From Dendrobates tinctorius (lineage: Eukaryota), in contig NW_027361806.1 of assembly GCF_039654945.1 (NCBI RefSeq), forward strand, positions 4,340,001 through 4,404,000: a DNA stretch of 64,000 nucleotides, in the 5' to 3' direction. The position numbers were made by a program, and so were the translations under genes. The notes under the pieces were generated by a model. It was given only the letters and a program-made list of their open reading frames with translations, did not search any database and was not told where the DNA came from. This document shows positions 49,327-61,809 of this stretch, in pieces. Numbering within the stretch: the stretch's first letter is position 1; each line of letters opens with the position of its first letter.

Positions 49327-52300
49327 CCCCTTCCTGCCATCCGACGTACTATCCCGTCCACGGTACCCGGGCCCGTATGACCGGGGACGGGATAGTACGT
49401 CGGCGCGATCAGCGGCACCCACGTGGTGAGCGCCGCTGATCGCGGCCGGGTGTCAGCTGATTATCACAGCTGACACCCGGCACAATGTGTCAGGGGCGGT
49501 CACGGACCGCCCCCGACACGTTAACCCCTTGCACACCACGATCAAACACGATCGCGGTGTACCGGGGGTTAAAGGGAAGCATCGGCAGGGAGGGGGCTCC
49601 CTCCATGCTTCCCTGAGCCCCCCACGGCAGCGCAATGTGCAGCGCTGCTGCGGGGGACTCCCTTCCTCCAGGCCCCCGAATCCAAGATGGCGACGGGGGC
49701 CTTCGGGGGCCTGCAGGAAGCTGGTTTCCTCAGTGCCTGCAAAGCGCAGGCATGAGGAAGCCTTGTGCAGTGCCTGTGTCAGATCGCTGATCTGTCACAG
49801 TGATCTGTGATGTGACAGATCAGCGATCTGTCACAGGACAGTGATGTCCCACCTGGGACTATTTAATAAAGTAAAAAAAAAAATAAAAAAAAGTGTAAAA
49901 ATAATTTTAAAAAAATCGCCAAATAAATTAGAAAAAAAAAAAAAAAATATTCCCCCAATAAATCCATTTTTTGGAAATAACAATAAAAAACAATAAAAGT
50001 ACACATATTAGGTATCGCCGCATCCGTAACGACCCGCCCTATAAAACTGTCCCATTAGTTAACCCCTTTAGCGAACCCCTTAAAAAATAAAAATAAAAAA
50101 CGAAGCAAAAAATAATGATTTATTATCATACCGCCAAACAAAAAGTGTAATAACGCGCGATCAAAAAGATGCATATAAATAGCCATGGTACCGCTGAAAA
50201 CGTCATCTTGTCCCGCAAAAAACGAGCCGCCACACAGCATCATCAGCGAAAAAATAAAAAAGTTATAGCTCGCTGAATAAAGCGATGCAAAAATAATTAT
50301 TTTTTATATAAAATAGTTTTCATTGCATAAAACCGACAAAAACATAAAAAAAGACCTAAATGAGGTATCGCTGTAACCGTACCGACCCGAAGAATAAAAC
50401 CGCTTTATCAATTTTACCGCACGCGGAACGGTGTAAACGCACCCCCCCCAAAAGAAATTCATGAAACGCTGGTTTTTGTTCATTCTGCGTCCCAAAAATC
50501 GGAATAAAAAGCGATCAAAAAATGTCACGTGCCCGAAAATGGTACCAATAAAAACGTCAACTTGTCCCGCAAAAAATAAGACCTCACATGACTCGGTGGG
50601 TCAAAATACGGAAAAATTATAGCTCTCAATATGTGGTGATGCAAAAACTATTTTTACAATAAAAAGCGTCTTTTAGCGTGTGACAGCCGCCAAACATAAA
50701 AACCGCCATAAATAGTAAATCAAACCCCCCGTTATCACCCCCTTAGTTAGGGAAAAATAATAAAATTAAAAAAATGTATTTATTTCCATTTTTCCATTAG
50801 GGTTAGGGCTAGGGTTAGGGCTAGGGGTGTGTTGGGGTAGGGTTAGGGCTAGGGTTAGGGGCGTGTTGGGGTTCGGGTTGGAGTTAGAATTGGGGGTTTC
50901 CACTGTTTTGGAGAGCCCCTGATGTGCCCAATGCAACATGGCGTCTGATCTCAATTCCAGCCAATTCTGAGTTGAAAAAGTCAAATGGTGCTCCTTCCCT
51001 TCCAAGCTCTGCTATGCGCCCAAACAGTGTTTTACCCCCACATGTAGGGTATCAGCCTACTCAGGACAAATTGCAAAACAATTTTTGGGGTCTAATTTCT
51101 CCTGTTACCCTTAGGAAAATAAAAAATTGGGGGCAAAAATATCATTTTTTGTGGAAAAAAATGATTTTTTTATTTTCACGTCCGAGTGTTTTGAACTTCT
51201 GTGAAGCACTTGGGGGTTCAAAGTGCTCACCACACATCTAGATAAGTTCCGTGGGGGGGTCTAGTGTCCAAAATGGGGTCACTTGTGGGGAGTTTCAATA
51301 GTTTAGGTACATCAGGGGCTCTCCAAACGCACATGACACCCGCAGACCATTCCATCAAAGTCTGCATTCCAAAACGTCACTGCTTCCCTTCCGAGCCCCG
51401 ACGTGTGTCCATACAGTAGTTTTCTCCCACATATGGGGTGTCAGCGTACTCAGGACAAATTGGACAACAACTTTTGGGGTCCAATTTCTCCTGTTACCCT
51501 TGGGAAAATGAAAAAATTGGGGACTAATTGATCATGTTTGTGGAAAAAATACGATTTTTTTATTTTCATGCCCTGGCATTATAAACTTCTGTGAAGCCCT
51601 TGGGGGTTCAAAGTGCTCACCTCACATCTAGATACGTTCCTTAGTGGGTCTAGTTTTCAAAATGGGGTCATTTGTGGGGGGTTTCCACTGTTTAGGTACA
51701 TTAGGGGCTCTCCAAAGGCAACATGACACCCGCAGACCATTCCATCAAAGTCTGCATTCCAAAACGTCACTACTTCCCTTCCGAGCCCCGACGTGTGCCC
51801 ATACAGTAGTTTTCTCCCACATATGGGGTATCAGCATACTCAGGACAAATTGGACAACAACTTTTGGGGTCCAATTTCTCCTGGTACCCTTGGGAAAATA
51901 AAAAAATGGTGACTAAAAGATCATGTTTGTGGAAAAAATACGAATTTTTTATTTTCACGCCCGGGCGTTGTAAACTTCTGTGAAGCACTGGGGGGTTCAA
52001 AGTGCTCACCACACATCTAGATAAGTTCCTTGGGGGGTCTAGTATACAAAATGGTGTCATTTGTGGGGGGTTTTCACTGTTTAGGTACATTAGGGGCTCT
52101 CCAAAGGCAACATGACACCCGCAGACCATTCCATCAAAGTCTGCATTCCAAAACGTCACTACTTCCCTTCCGAGCCCCGACGTGTGCCCATACAGTAGTT
52201 TTCTCCCACATATGGGGTATCAGCGTACTCAGGACAAATTGGACAACAACTTTTGGGATCCAATTTCTCCTGGTACCCTTGGGAAAATAAAAAAATGGTG

Positions 52301-54466
52301 ACTAAAAGATCATGTTTGTGGAAAAAATACGAATTTTTTATTTTCACGCCCGGGCGTTGTAAACTTCTGTGAAGCACTGGGGGGTTCAAAGTGCTCACCA
52401 CACATCTAGATAAGTTCCTTGGGGGGTCTAGTATACAAAATGGTGTCATTTGTGGGGGGTTTCCACTGTTTAGGTACATTAGGGGCTCTCCAAAGGCAAC
52501 ATGACACCCGCAGACCATTCCATCAAAGTCTGCATTCCAAAACGTCACTACTTCCCTTCCGAGCCCCGACGTGTGCCCATACAGTAGTTTTCTCCCACAT
52601 TTGGGGTATCAGCATACTCAGGACAAATTGGACAACAACTTTTGGGGTCCAATTTCTCCTGGTACCCTTGGGAAAATAAAAAAATGGTGATTAAAAGATC
52701 ATGTTTGTGGAAAAAATACGAATTTTTTATTTTCACGCCCGGGTGTTATAAACTTCTGTGAAGCACTGGGGGGGTCAAAGCGCTCACCACACATCTAGAT
52801 AAGTTCCTTAGGGGGTCTAGTATACAAAATGGTGTCATTTGTGGGGGGGTTCCACTGTTTTGGTACATCAGGAGTTTTCCAAACGCGACATGGTGTCCGA
52901 TCTCAATTCCAGCCCAAAACGTCAAATGGCGCTGCTTCCCTTCCGAGCTCTGCCATGCGCCCAAATAGTGGTTTACCCCCACATGTGGGGTATCAGCGTA
53001 CTCAGGACAAATTGCACAATAACTTTTAGGGTCCTGTTACCCTTGGAAAAATAAGAATTGAGGGTGAAAAGATCATTTTTGTGGAAAAAATATGATTTTT
53101 TAATTGTATGGCTTTATGTTATAAACTTCTGTGAAGCCCATGGGGGTTCAAAGTTCTCACCACACATCTAGATAAGTTCCTTAGGGGGTCTAGTTTCCAA
53201 AATGGTGTCATTTGTGGGGGGTTTCCACTGTTTTGGTACAACAGGGGTTTTCCAAACGCGACATCGTGTCCGATCTCAATTCCAGCCAAAAACGTCAAAT
53301 GGCGCTGCTTCCCTTCCGAGCTCTGCCATGCGCCCAAATAGTGGTTTACCCCCACATGTGGGGTATCAGCGTACTCAGGACAAATTGCACAATAACTTTC
53401 AGGGTCCTGTTACCCTTGGGAAAATAAAAATTGGGGTGAAAAGATCATTTTTGTGGAAAAAATATGATTTTTTAATTGTACCGCTGTACGTTATAAACTT
53501 CTGTAAAGCCCTTGTGGGTTCAAAGTTCTCACCACATATCTAGATAAGTTCCTTGGGGGGTCTAGTTTCCAAAATGGGGTCACTTGTAGGGGGTTTCCAC
53601 TGTTTAGGTACATCAGGGACTCTCCAAACGTGACATGGTGTCCAATCTGAATTCCAGCCAATTTTGCATTGAAAAAGTCAAACGGCGCTCCTTCCATTCT
53701 GAGCTCTGCCATGCGCCGAAACAGTCGTTCCCCCCCACATATGAGGTATCTGCGTACTCAGGACAAATTGCACAATAACTTTTGCAGTTCAATTTCTCCT
53801 GTTACCCTTGGTAAAATAAAAAAAATTGAACCTGAAGTATTTTTTTTATGAAAAAAAGTTAGATGTTCATTTTTTTTTTTAAATATTCAAAAAAATTCCT
53901 GTGACGCACCTAAAGGGTTAATAAACTTCTTGAATGTGGTTTTGAGCACCTTAAGGGGTGCAGTTTTTAGAATGGTGTCACTTTTGGGTATTTTCTATCA
54001 TATAGACCCCTCAAAGTGGCTTCAAATGTGATGTGGTCCTAAAAATAAAATGGTGTTGTAAAAATGAGAAATCGCTGGTCAACTTTTAACCCTTATAACT
54101 TCCTAACAAAAAAAAATTTTGGTTCCAAAATTGTGCTGATGTAAAGTAAACATGTGGGAAATGTTAGTTATCAAGTTTTTTGTGTGCCGTATCTCTGTGA
54201 TTTAAGGGCATAAAAATTCAAAGTTGGAAAATTGCGAAATTTTCAAAATTTTTGCCAAATTTCTGTTTTTTTCACAAATAAACGCAAGTTATTTGAATGA
54301 AATTTTACCACTAACATGAAGTACAATATGTCACGAGAAAACAATGCCAGAATCACCGGGATCCATGGAAGCGTTCCAGAGTTATGACCTCATAAAGGTA
54401 CAGTGGTCAGAATTGTAAAAATTGGCCCGGTCATGAACGTGCAAACCACCCTAGGGGGTGAAGGGG
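49327..54466 (-). mobile_element. Second non-autonomous piggyBac-like element (5.1 kb), inverted relative to 13119-17518, in IPP intron 1
   Basis: TTAA flanks (49323-49326, 54467-54470); ccccttc / gaagggg ends; ~8 internal 373-389-bp units; TTAGGG-variant tract at 50797-50895. Confidence 0.85.
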
Positions 54467-55441
54467 TTAAGAAACATCCAAGTTTTTTTTAAAGGACTTT
54501 TCTGTGATAATCGACACTGATCACAATCTGGTGAAAATCTGATACTAAATACTGATGAAAATCAGACTATTTTTTTTGCTAACGAGAACAATCTCATGTA
54601 GATGTAGCAGAGCTCAGAAAGCTGCTCCCACCCACACGACAGCTCTCTGTGTACACTGTCTACTGAGAAGGAGCTGCTTATCAGAGAAGGCAGAGTGGTG
54701 CTCACTAGCCCTGTAATCCAGTGATAATCTCCTGGTGATAAAACATTCATTGTATGGAATCAACAACACACGGCCTAATAAGTGACCCCGCAGAAATCTG
54801 TGTCTCGCCCCTACCGCATGCTGCCCGATTCCTTTTTATGTCTGTAGATTGGCTTTTATACAGCTGATCTCTGCTCATTAATGGAAGTCTAAATAGACAA
54901 TAAGACGATGTATCAGGCCGGGGGGACGGCGCTCACACCGCTGTGTGCCGCAGGTACAGCACAGTGCAAGAGAAAGGGGCCAGACTGCGACAACCAGGAC
55001 ACCAAAATCCAACTCCAGGGCTGCAGAGGTCAGTACCCGGCCGGCCCGGACACTGTGCCGCGAGGTCAGCCCTGTAAATAAAGGTGGCCAGTAGAGGTGA
55101 GCGACTTTGGTCGGATCAGGTTTCGTGAAACCAGACAAACAAAATTTGAGTCGGATGAAACTGGTCCGACTAGGGCAAAAACCGTCCGAGTTTCGTCCGA
55201 AACCCGACCCCAATGCAAGTCAGTGGGGAATAAAAGTCGGCATTGAGCGGATGACATTCCAGGGGTGGACATAGCATTGGGGCCCAGGATGTGAGGAGAC
55301 CACTACCACCTCCAATGCAGGAGGAATTGTCTGTGCATTATGTACAGGGGTCTCTCCTGTCTGTGTCCCCCAGGTGTGAGGAGCACAGCTGTAACTACGT
55401 ATCCCCGCTGAGGGCTACACTGTTTGCACAGCCGCACTTAC

Positions 55442-55605
55442 CTGCTCTCCAACTTTGTTGTGATGACGTCACGCCGCCTACGTTCTCTCTGAGATCCGGC
55501 CAGTGCGGGCGGCCATGTTGGAGGTGGCGGGGGGAGTTCCGGTAGAGAGGGGGTCCACATGTGCAGCTGCTGTCAGTGTGCTCGGTACGGACCCTGAGCA
55601 GACAG
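55442..55605. promoter_or_regulatory. Compact bidirectional promoter with candidate first exons of IPP (-) and DPH2 (+)
   Basis: IPP-strand donor cag|gtaagt at 55441; DPH2-strand donor cag|gtaagt at 55606; CRE TGACGTCA 55464-55471; YY1-like GCCATGTT 55512-55519; CpG-rich. Confidence 0.7.
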
Positions 55606-56045
55606 GTAAGTCATGTACGGACACTCTGCCAGGTGCACTGCTCGGGGGCCGCCATTCCCTACTATCTGCTTATAGAGAGGGGATAACACATGCTGATAGT
55701 AGTCACCGCCGCACGCAGCCATCGTGGCCCCGGCTCTCTCCCCCTCTGAAATCCTCTGTGCTGCAGTGAGGCCCTGCTCCTTACACTATGCATTTCTCAG
55801 CCTGTTCCCTCCTGTAAGGTCAGGACCGCACTAATGACTCCTGAAATCCTCTGTGCTGCTCTGAGACCCTGCTGCTCCGAGACCCTGCTGCTCCCACTGT
55901 GTCATTCTCTCAGTTCCTACCTTTGTGATCAGCGCATTTATTTCCTGAAATCCTCTGTGCCACTGTGAGGCCCTGCTCCATCCGCTATGTGAATCTTCGT
56001 CTCACATCTGATCGGATCTGTGTTGTAGACTCTGGCGGCGGAGAG

Positions 56046-56204
56046 ATGACGAGTGCCGCGTTCAGCAGCGATGGGGCAGATGTCATCCAGCGGAAGCTGA
56101 TCCCTCCAGACCCTGATGAACCAGTGATCACCGACGAATTGCTCAAGGAAGCGTATGACATTCATAAAACCATTGATTTCATCAAGGAAAAAGCAGCAAA
56201 AAAG
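56046..56204 (+). CDS. DPH2: DPH2 (diphthamide biosynthesis 2) first conserved coding exon (exon starts 56029)
   Basis: MTSAAFSSDG...AYDIHKTIDFIKEKAAKK, donor gtggga; continues as VALQFPD in the next exon. Confidence 0.9.
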
Positions 56205-58330
56205 GTGGGAGTGTCCTCCCCCCACCCCCCACCCCCCCACTTTCCCCGCGTGTCCTCCCTCCCCTTTCTCCATCTCTGTATCACATCAGAGGATCCTGTA
56301 GCAAACCCGTCTCCGGCACCGGCCTCTCTCCTCCTCCTCGTCTCCGGCACCGGCATCTCTCCTCCTCCTCGTCTCCGGTCTCTCTCCTCCTCGTCTCCGG
56401 TCTCTCTCCTCCTCGTCTCCGGCCTCTCTCCTCCTCCTCGTCTCCGGCACCGGCCTCTCTCCTCCTCCTCGTCTCCGGCACCGGCCTCCCTCCTCCTCCT
56501 CCTTCTCTCCGGCACCGGCCTCCCTCCTCCTCCTCCTTCTCTCCGGCACCGGCCTCCCTCCTCCTCCTCCTTCTCTCCGGCACCGGCCTCCCTCCTCCTC
56601 CTCCTTCTCTCCGGCACCGGCCTCCCTCCTCCTCTCCGGCACCGGCCTCTCTCCTCCTCCTCTCCGGCACCGGCCTCTCTCCTCCTCCTCCTCTCCGGCA
56701 CCGGCCTCTCTCCTCCTCTCCGGCACCGGCCTCTCTCCGGCACCGGCCTCTCTCCTCCTCCTCCTCTCCGGCATCTCTCCTCCTCCCTCTCCTCCTCGTC
56801 TCCGGCCTCTCTCCTCCTCGTCTCCGGCCTCTCTCCTCCTCCTCCTCGTCGTCGTCTCCGGTCTCTCTCCTCCTCCTCCTCGTCGTCGTCTCCGGCACCG
56901 GTCTCTCTCCTCCTCCTCCTCGTCGTCGTCTCCGGCACCGGTCTCTCTCCTCCTCCTCGTCGTCTCCGGCACCGGTCTCTCTCCTCCTCCTCCTCCTCCT
57001 CGTCGTCTCCGGCACCGGTCTCTCTCCTCCTCCTCCTCCTCCTCGTCGTCTCCGGCACCGGTCTCTCTCCTCCTCCTCCTCCTCGTCGTCTCCGGCACCG
57101 GTCTCTCTCCTCCTCCTCCTCCTCGTCGTCTCCGGCACCGGTCTCTCTCCTCCTCCTCCTCCTCGTCGTCTCCGGCACCGGTCTCTCTCCTCCTCCTCCT
57201 CGTCGTCTCCGGCACCGGTCTCTCTCCTCCTCCTCCTCCTCGTCGTCTCCGGCACCGGTCTCTCTCCTCCTCCTCCTCCTCGTCGTCTCCGGCACCGGTC
57301 TCTCTCCTCCTCCTCCTCCTCCTCCTCGTCGTCGTCTCCGGCACCGGTCTCTCTCCTCCTCCTCCTCCTCCTCCTCCTCCTCCTCCTCCTCCTCCTCCTC
57401 GTCGTCTCCGGCACCGGTCTCTCTCCTCCTCCTCTTCCTCGTCGTCGTCTCCGGCACCGGTCTCTCCTCCTCCTCGTCGTCGTCTCCGGCACCGGTCTCT
57501 CTCCTCCTCCTCCTCGTCGTCGTCGTCTCCGGCACCGGTCTCTCTCCTCCTCCTCTTCCTCGTCGTCGTCTCCGGCACCGGTCTCTCTCCTCCTCCTCCT
57601 CCTCCTCCTCCTCCTCCTCCTCCTCCTCGTCGTCGTCTCCGGCACCGGTCTCTCTCCTCCTCCTCCTCCTCCTCGTCGTCTCCGGCACCGGTCTCTCTCC
57701 TCCTCCTCCTCGTCGTCTCCGGCACCGGTCTCTCTCTCCTCCTCCTCCTCGTCGTCTCCGGCACCGGTCTCTCTCCTCCTCGTCGTCTCCGGCACCGGTC
57801 TCTCTCCTCCTCGTCGTCTCCGGCACCGGTCTCTCTCCTCCTCGTCGTCTCCGGCACCGGTCTCTCTCCTCCTCGTCGTCTCCGGCACCGGTCTCTCTCC
57901 TCCTCGTCGTCTCCGGCACCGGTCTCTCTCCTCCTCCTCGTCTCCGGCACCGGTCTCTCTCCTCCTCGTCGTCTCCGGCACCGGTCTCTCTCCTCCTCGT
58001 CGTCTCCGGCACCGGTCTCTCTCCTCCTCGTCGTCTCCGGCACCGGTCTCTCTCCTCCTCGTCGTCTCCGGCACCGGTCTCTCTCCTCCTCGTCGTCTCC
58101 GGCACCGGTCTCTCTCCTCCTCGTCGTCTCCGGCACCGGTCTCTCTCCTCCTCGTCGTCTCCGGCACCGGTCTCTCTCCTCCTCGTCGTCTCCGGCACCG
58201 GTCTCTCTCCTCCTCGTCGTCTCCGGCACCGGTCTCTCTCCTCCTCGTCGTCTCCGGCACCGGTCTCTCTCCTCCTCGTCGTCTCCGGCACCGGTCTCTC
58301 TCCTCCTCGTCGTCTCCGGCACCGGTCTCT

Positions 58331-59048
58331 ATGGAAAAAGCATATATAGAATGGGAGGAATAGGGCTAAGTGACAGCACATGTGAAAAAGACTTGGGTAT
58401 ACTAATAGATCACAGACTGAATATGAGTCAACAGTGTGATGCAGCAGCAAAAAAGGCAAATGCAATTCTAGGATGTATTAACAGAAGCATACAGTCTAGA
58501 TCACGTGAAGTCATTATTTCCCTCTACTCCTCTTTGGTCAGACCTCATCTGGAATATTGTGTCCAGTTTTGGGCACCACATTTTAAAAAAGACATCAACA
58601 AACTGGAGCAAGTTCAGAAAAGAGCGACCAGAATGGTGACCGGTCTGCAAACCCTGTCTTATGAGGAAAGGTTGCAGGATTTGGGAATGTTTAGTTTGCA
58701 AAAGAGAAGACTGAGAGGAGACTTAATAGCTGTCTACAAATATCTAAAGGGCTGTCACATTGTAGAAGGATCAACTTTATTCTCATTTGCACAAGGAAAG
58801 ACTAGAAGCAATGGGATGAAACTGAATGGGAGGAGACACAGATTAGATATTAGAAAAAACTTTTTGACAGAGTGATCAATGAGTGGAACAGGCTGCCACG
58901 AGAAGTGGTGAGTTCTCCTTCAATGGAAGTCTTCAAACAGAGGCTGGACAGACATCTGACTGGGATGATTTAGCGAATCCTGCTTTGAGCAGGGGGTTGG
59001 ACCAGATGGCCCAGGAGGTCCCTTCCAACTCTACGATTCTATGATTCT
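58331..59048 (+). mobile_element. 5'-truncated CR1 LINE (ORF2 C-terminus, 3'UTR and tail)
   Basis: EKDLGILID..LNMSQQC...LYSSLVRPHLEYCVQFWAP...RRLRGDLI; frameshift near 58870; 3' end ggtcccttccaactctacgattctatgattct. Confidence 0.93.
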
Positions 59049-59574
59049 CTCCTCCTCGTCGTCTCCGGCACCGGTCTCTCTCCTCCTCGTCGTCTCCGGC
59101 ACCGGTCTCTCTCCTCCTCGTCGTCTCCGGCACCGGTCTCTCTCCTCCTCGTCGTCTCCGGCACCGGTCTCTCTCCTCCTCGTCGTCTCCGGCACCGGTC
59201 TCTCTCCTCCTCGTCGTCTCCGGCACCGGTCTCTCTCCTCCTCGTCGTCTCCGGCACCGGTCTCTCGCCTCCTCGTCGTCTCCGGCACCGGTCTCTCGCC
59301 TCCTCGTCGTCTCCGGCACCGGTCTCTCGCCTCCTCGTCGTCTCCGGCACCGGTCTCTCGCCTCCTCGTCGTCTCCGGCACCGGTCTCTCTCCTCCTCCT
59401 CGTCTCCGGCACCGGTCTCTCGCCTCCTCCTCGTCTCCGGCACCGGCCTCTCGCCTCCTCCTCCTCCTCGTCTCCGGCACCGGCTTCTCTCCTCCTCCTC
59501 CTCCTCGTCTCCGGCACCGGCTTCTCTCCTCCTCCTCCTCGTCTCCGGCACCGGCTTCTCTCCTCCTCCTCCTC

Positions 59575-59724
59575 NNNNNNNNNNNNNNNNNNNNNNNNNN
59601 NNNNNNNNNNNNNNNNNNNNNNNNNNNNNNNNNNNNNNNNNNNNNNNNNNNNNNNNNNNNNNNNNNNNNNNNNNNNNNNNNNNNNNNNNNNNNNNNNNNN
59701 NNNNNNNNNNNNNNNNNNNNNNNN
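59575..59724. other. Assembly gap (150 N)
   Basis: Run of n inside the satellite. Confidence 1.
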
Positions 59725-60354
59725 TCTCCTCCTCCTCCTCGTCTCCGGCACCGGTCTCTCTCCTCCTCCTCCTCCTCGTCTCCGGCACCGGTCTCTCTCC
59801 TCCTCCTCTCCGGCATTGATCTCTCGCCTCCTCCTCTCCTGGATCTGACTTTACACTGATACATTGTAAAAGCCCCTCAGCTGATGGCTTAGGGTGTGTG
59901 CACACGCTGCGGATTCTGCTGCGTTGTACAGTACCATAATATCTTATGTGAAATGGAAACCGCAGTGCAGATTTTTCTGCGGTTTCTAATCCACCGAAAG
60001 AATTGACATGTCATTCTTTTCTGCGGATTCCGCTGCGGTTTACCATCTCCTCCATTGTAGAGGTGATAAACCGCAGGCTAATCCGCAGATAAACCATAGG
60101 TCTTTTGACCTGCGGATTTACCTGCAGATTTTGCTCAATCCGCAGCGTGTGCACGTACCCTTAGTATCCCTTAGAGGTAAACAAGAATTTCCCATTCACT
60201 GATAGAAACCAGAAATCTTGAAACTAGTGAGAATTGAAAAATTAAAGAAAAAAAAGATTATTGGAAAGTTGCAGAACTTTTTTTTTTTTTCTGCAGGAAA
60301 AGGATTACGTTTCAGTCTGTACCAGCTTTTTAATTCCGTCCTCCTGTTTCCCAG

Positions 60355-60467
60355 GTGGCCCTGCAGTTCCCGGATGATCTTCTCAGCTGCTCAGTCACTA
60401 TTGCTAAAAAACTGGAGGATGCTACCGGAGCCAAAATCTACATCCTGGGGGACACGTCTTATGGCAG
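60355..60467 (+). CDS. DPH2: DPH2 coding exon 2 (113 nt)
   Basis: VALQFPDDLL...KIYILGDTSYGS, a hallmark DPH1/DPH2 motif; not represented in the ORF track frame. Confidence 0.95.
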
Positions 60468-60529
60468 GTGAGGGGCGTCAAGTCTTATGCAAGGGTGTTA
60501 TGGCACAGAGCGTCGCTTTTTAACTGTTT

Positions 60530-60728
60530 GGGCATAGACAGACTGCCGTATTTCTCGTGCGAGAATCACATCGCACTGCACGGACTGGCCCGGCACCTCT
60601 CCTGACCTGAGCAAGACAGCGTGATGGATTACTATGTTCCTGTCAAGCTCAGGTCAGGAGAGCCGACAGCCAGGACGAGGTTTACGATGCGATTCTCGCC
60701 CGAGAAATACGGCAGTCTGTCTCTGCCC
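60530..60728. mobile_element. Short palindromic MITE
   Basis: gggcatagacagactgccgtatttctcg / cgagaaatacggcagtctgtctctgccc. Confidence 0.75.
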
Positions 60729-61588
60729 TTATGGCCACCTTTTCTTCTCCCATACAGGTGACACCCAGCTTTCATAAAGTCCTGTATGGCAGGTTTAGAA
60801 GGTTGTAGGGTTATAATAGTACATCAGTGTCTCTGCCAGAAGTGCAGAAAGTGATCGCCACTTCAAGTCCCCTAGGGGGACGTGTCCAAAAGTAACCAAA
60901 ATAAAAGCAATGTAGATCAATAAAGTTTAATTACTGGTAAATAAAATTCTCAGATTAAATAAATAAAAATTAAGCGATAAGCAAGCGGTAAAGTAAAGCG
61001 CATCATTTCTGTCGCACAGAACAGAGAGGTCAAAAATACAAAAATGCAATGGTTCAGTTCCTTTTTTTTTTTTTTTGCATCCTCCCACCGTGGAAAAATA
61101 AATGCAGAGCAAAACTGTAGCAGCAAAACTGTAGCAACAAAACTACAATAAAGACCGTGCCGGTGCAACAATGTAAAGAGAAAAAAAAGTTACAGCACAA
61201 AAAAATGACTTAAAAAAAAAACAACTATATATTTGGTATCTCAGTATTTCTACCGACCCATAAAAGTTACCTGGTTGTTTCTACTGCATGGTTAAAACAG
61301 TGCTAATTTATTTATTTTTTTCATCACCGCCTCCGCCCAGTAAAAAAAAAAAATATTTTGCCCAAGATGGTGCTCAGTGATAAAACTTGTCATGAAAAAA
61401 TAACAGCTGTATGGTCAGAACATTAGGCTCTACATCTTTAAATAATAGAAAATTGGCCATTTCTGAAGGAGTTAAATCCCCCACGGGATCTGTCCCCCTG
61501 CCTGTGTTCCCCCTGCACCTGGGCCGTACTGCCTATCAGTAATGGCGGTCAGTCTCATATCCCTCCTATTAATGCTTTCTTCCATTAG

Positions 61589-61809
61589 CTGCTGTGTGGA
61601 CGAGGTGGCGGCGGAGCACGTCGGAGCTGAGGCTCTGGTACACTATGGTCGGGCCTGTCTGAGCCCGTGTCGGCGGCTTCCTGTCCTTTACGTGTTTGGC
61701 CATAAGCCTGTGAGCGTGGATCTCTGTACCAAGGCTTTCCAGGATCTGTTCCCTGCACGAGACGCTCCGGTCGTGGTTTTCGGAGATGTCGTGTATGATC
61801 ACATTCTAG
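61589..61809 (+). CDS. DPH2: DPH2 coding exon 3 (221 nt)
   Basis: CCVDEVAAEHVGAEALVHYGRACLSP...LPVLYVFG. Confidence 0.95.

Larger units (their letters stand above)
56308..59838 (+). repeat. Pyrimidine-rich 31-bp-core minisatellite in a DPH2 intron, interrupted by CR1 and an assembly gap
   Basis: Core unit ctccggcaccggtctctctcctcctcgtcgt with variable (cct)n and (cgt)n. Confidence 0.97.

Noticed and set aside
51644-53851. Repeated 60-130 aa ORFs suggesting a gene cluster (also 13945-16400)
   Set aside because: Arise from the ~390-bp internal satellite; no splice structure or transposase motifs
58351-58875. Functional reverse transcriptase gene
   Set aside because: Only the C-terminal part of CR1 ORF2, lacking the catalytic core, with a frameshift
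55965-59905. Very long ORFs (794, 767, 678, 659, 288 aa and others) on both strands
   Set aside because: The 31-bp satellite unit has no stop codon in any frame; only 56046-56204 of the + ORF is a real DPH2 exon
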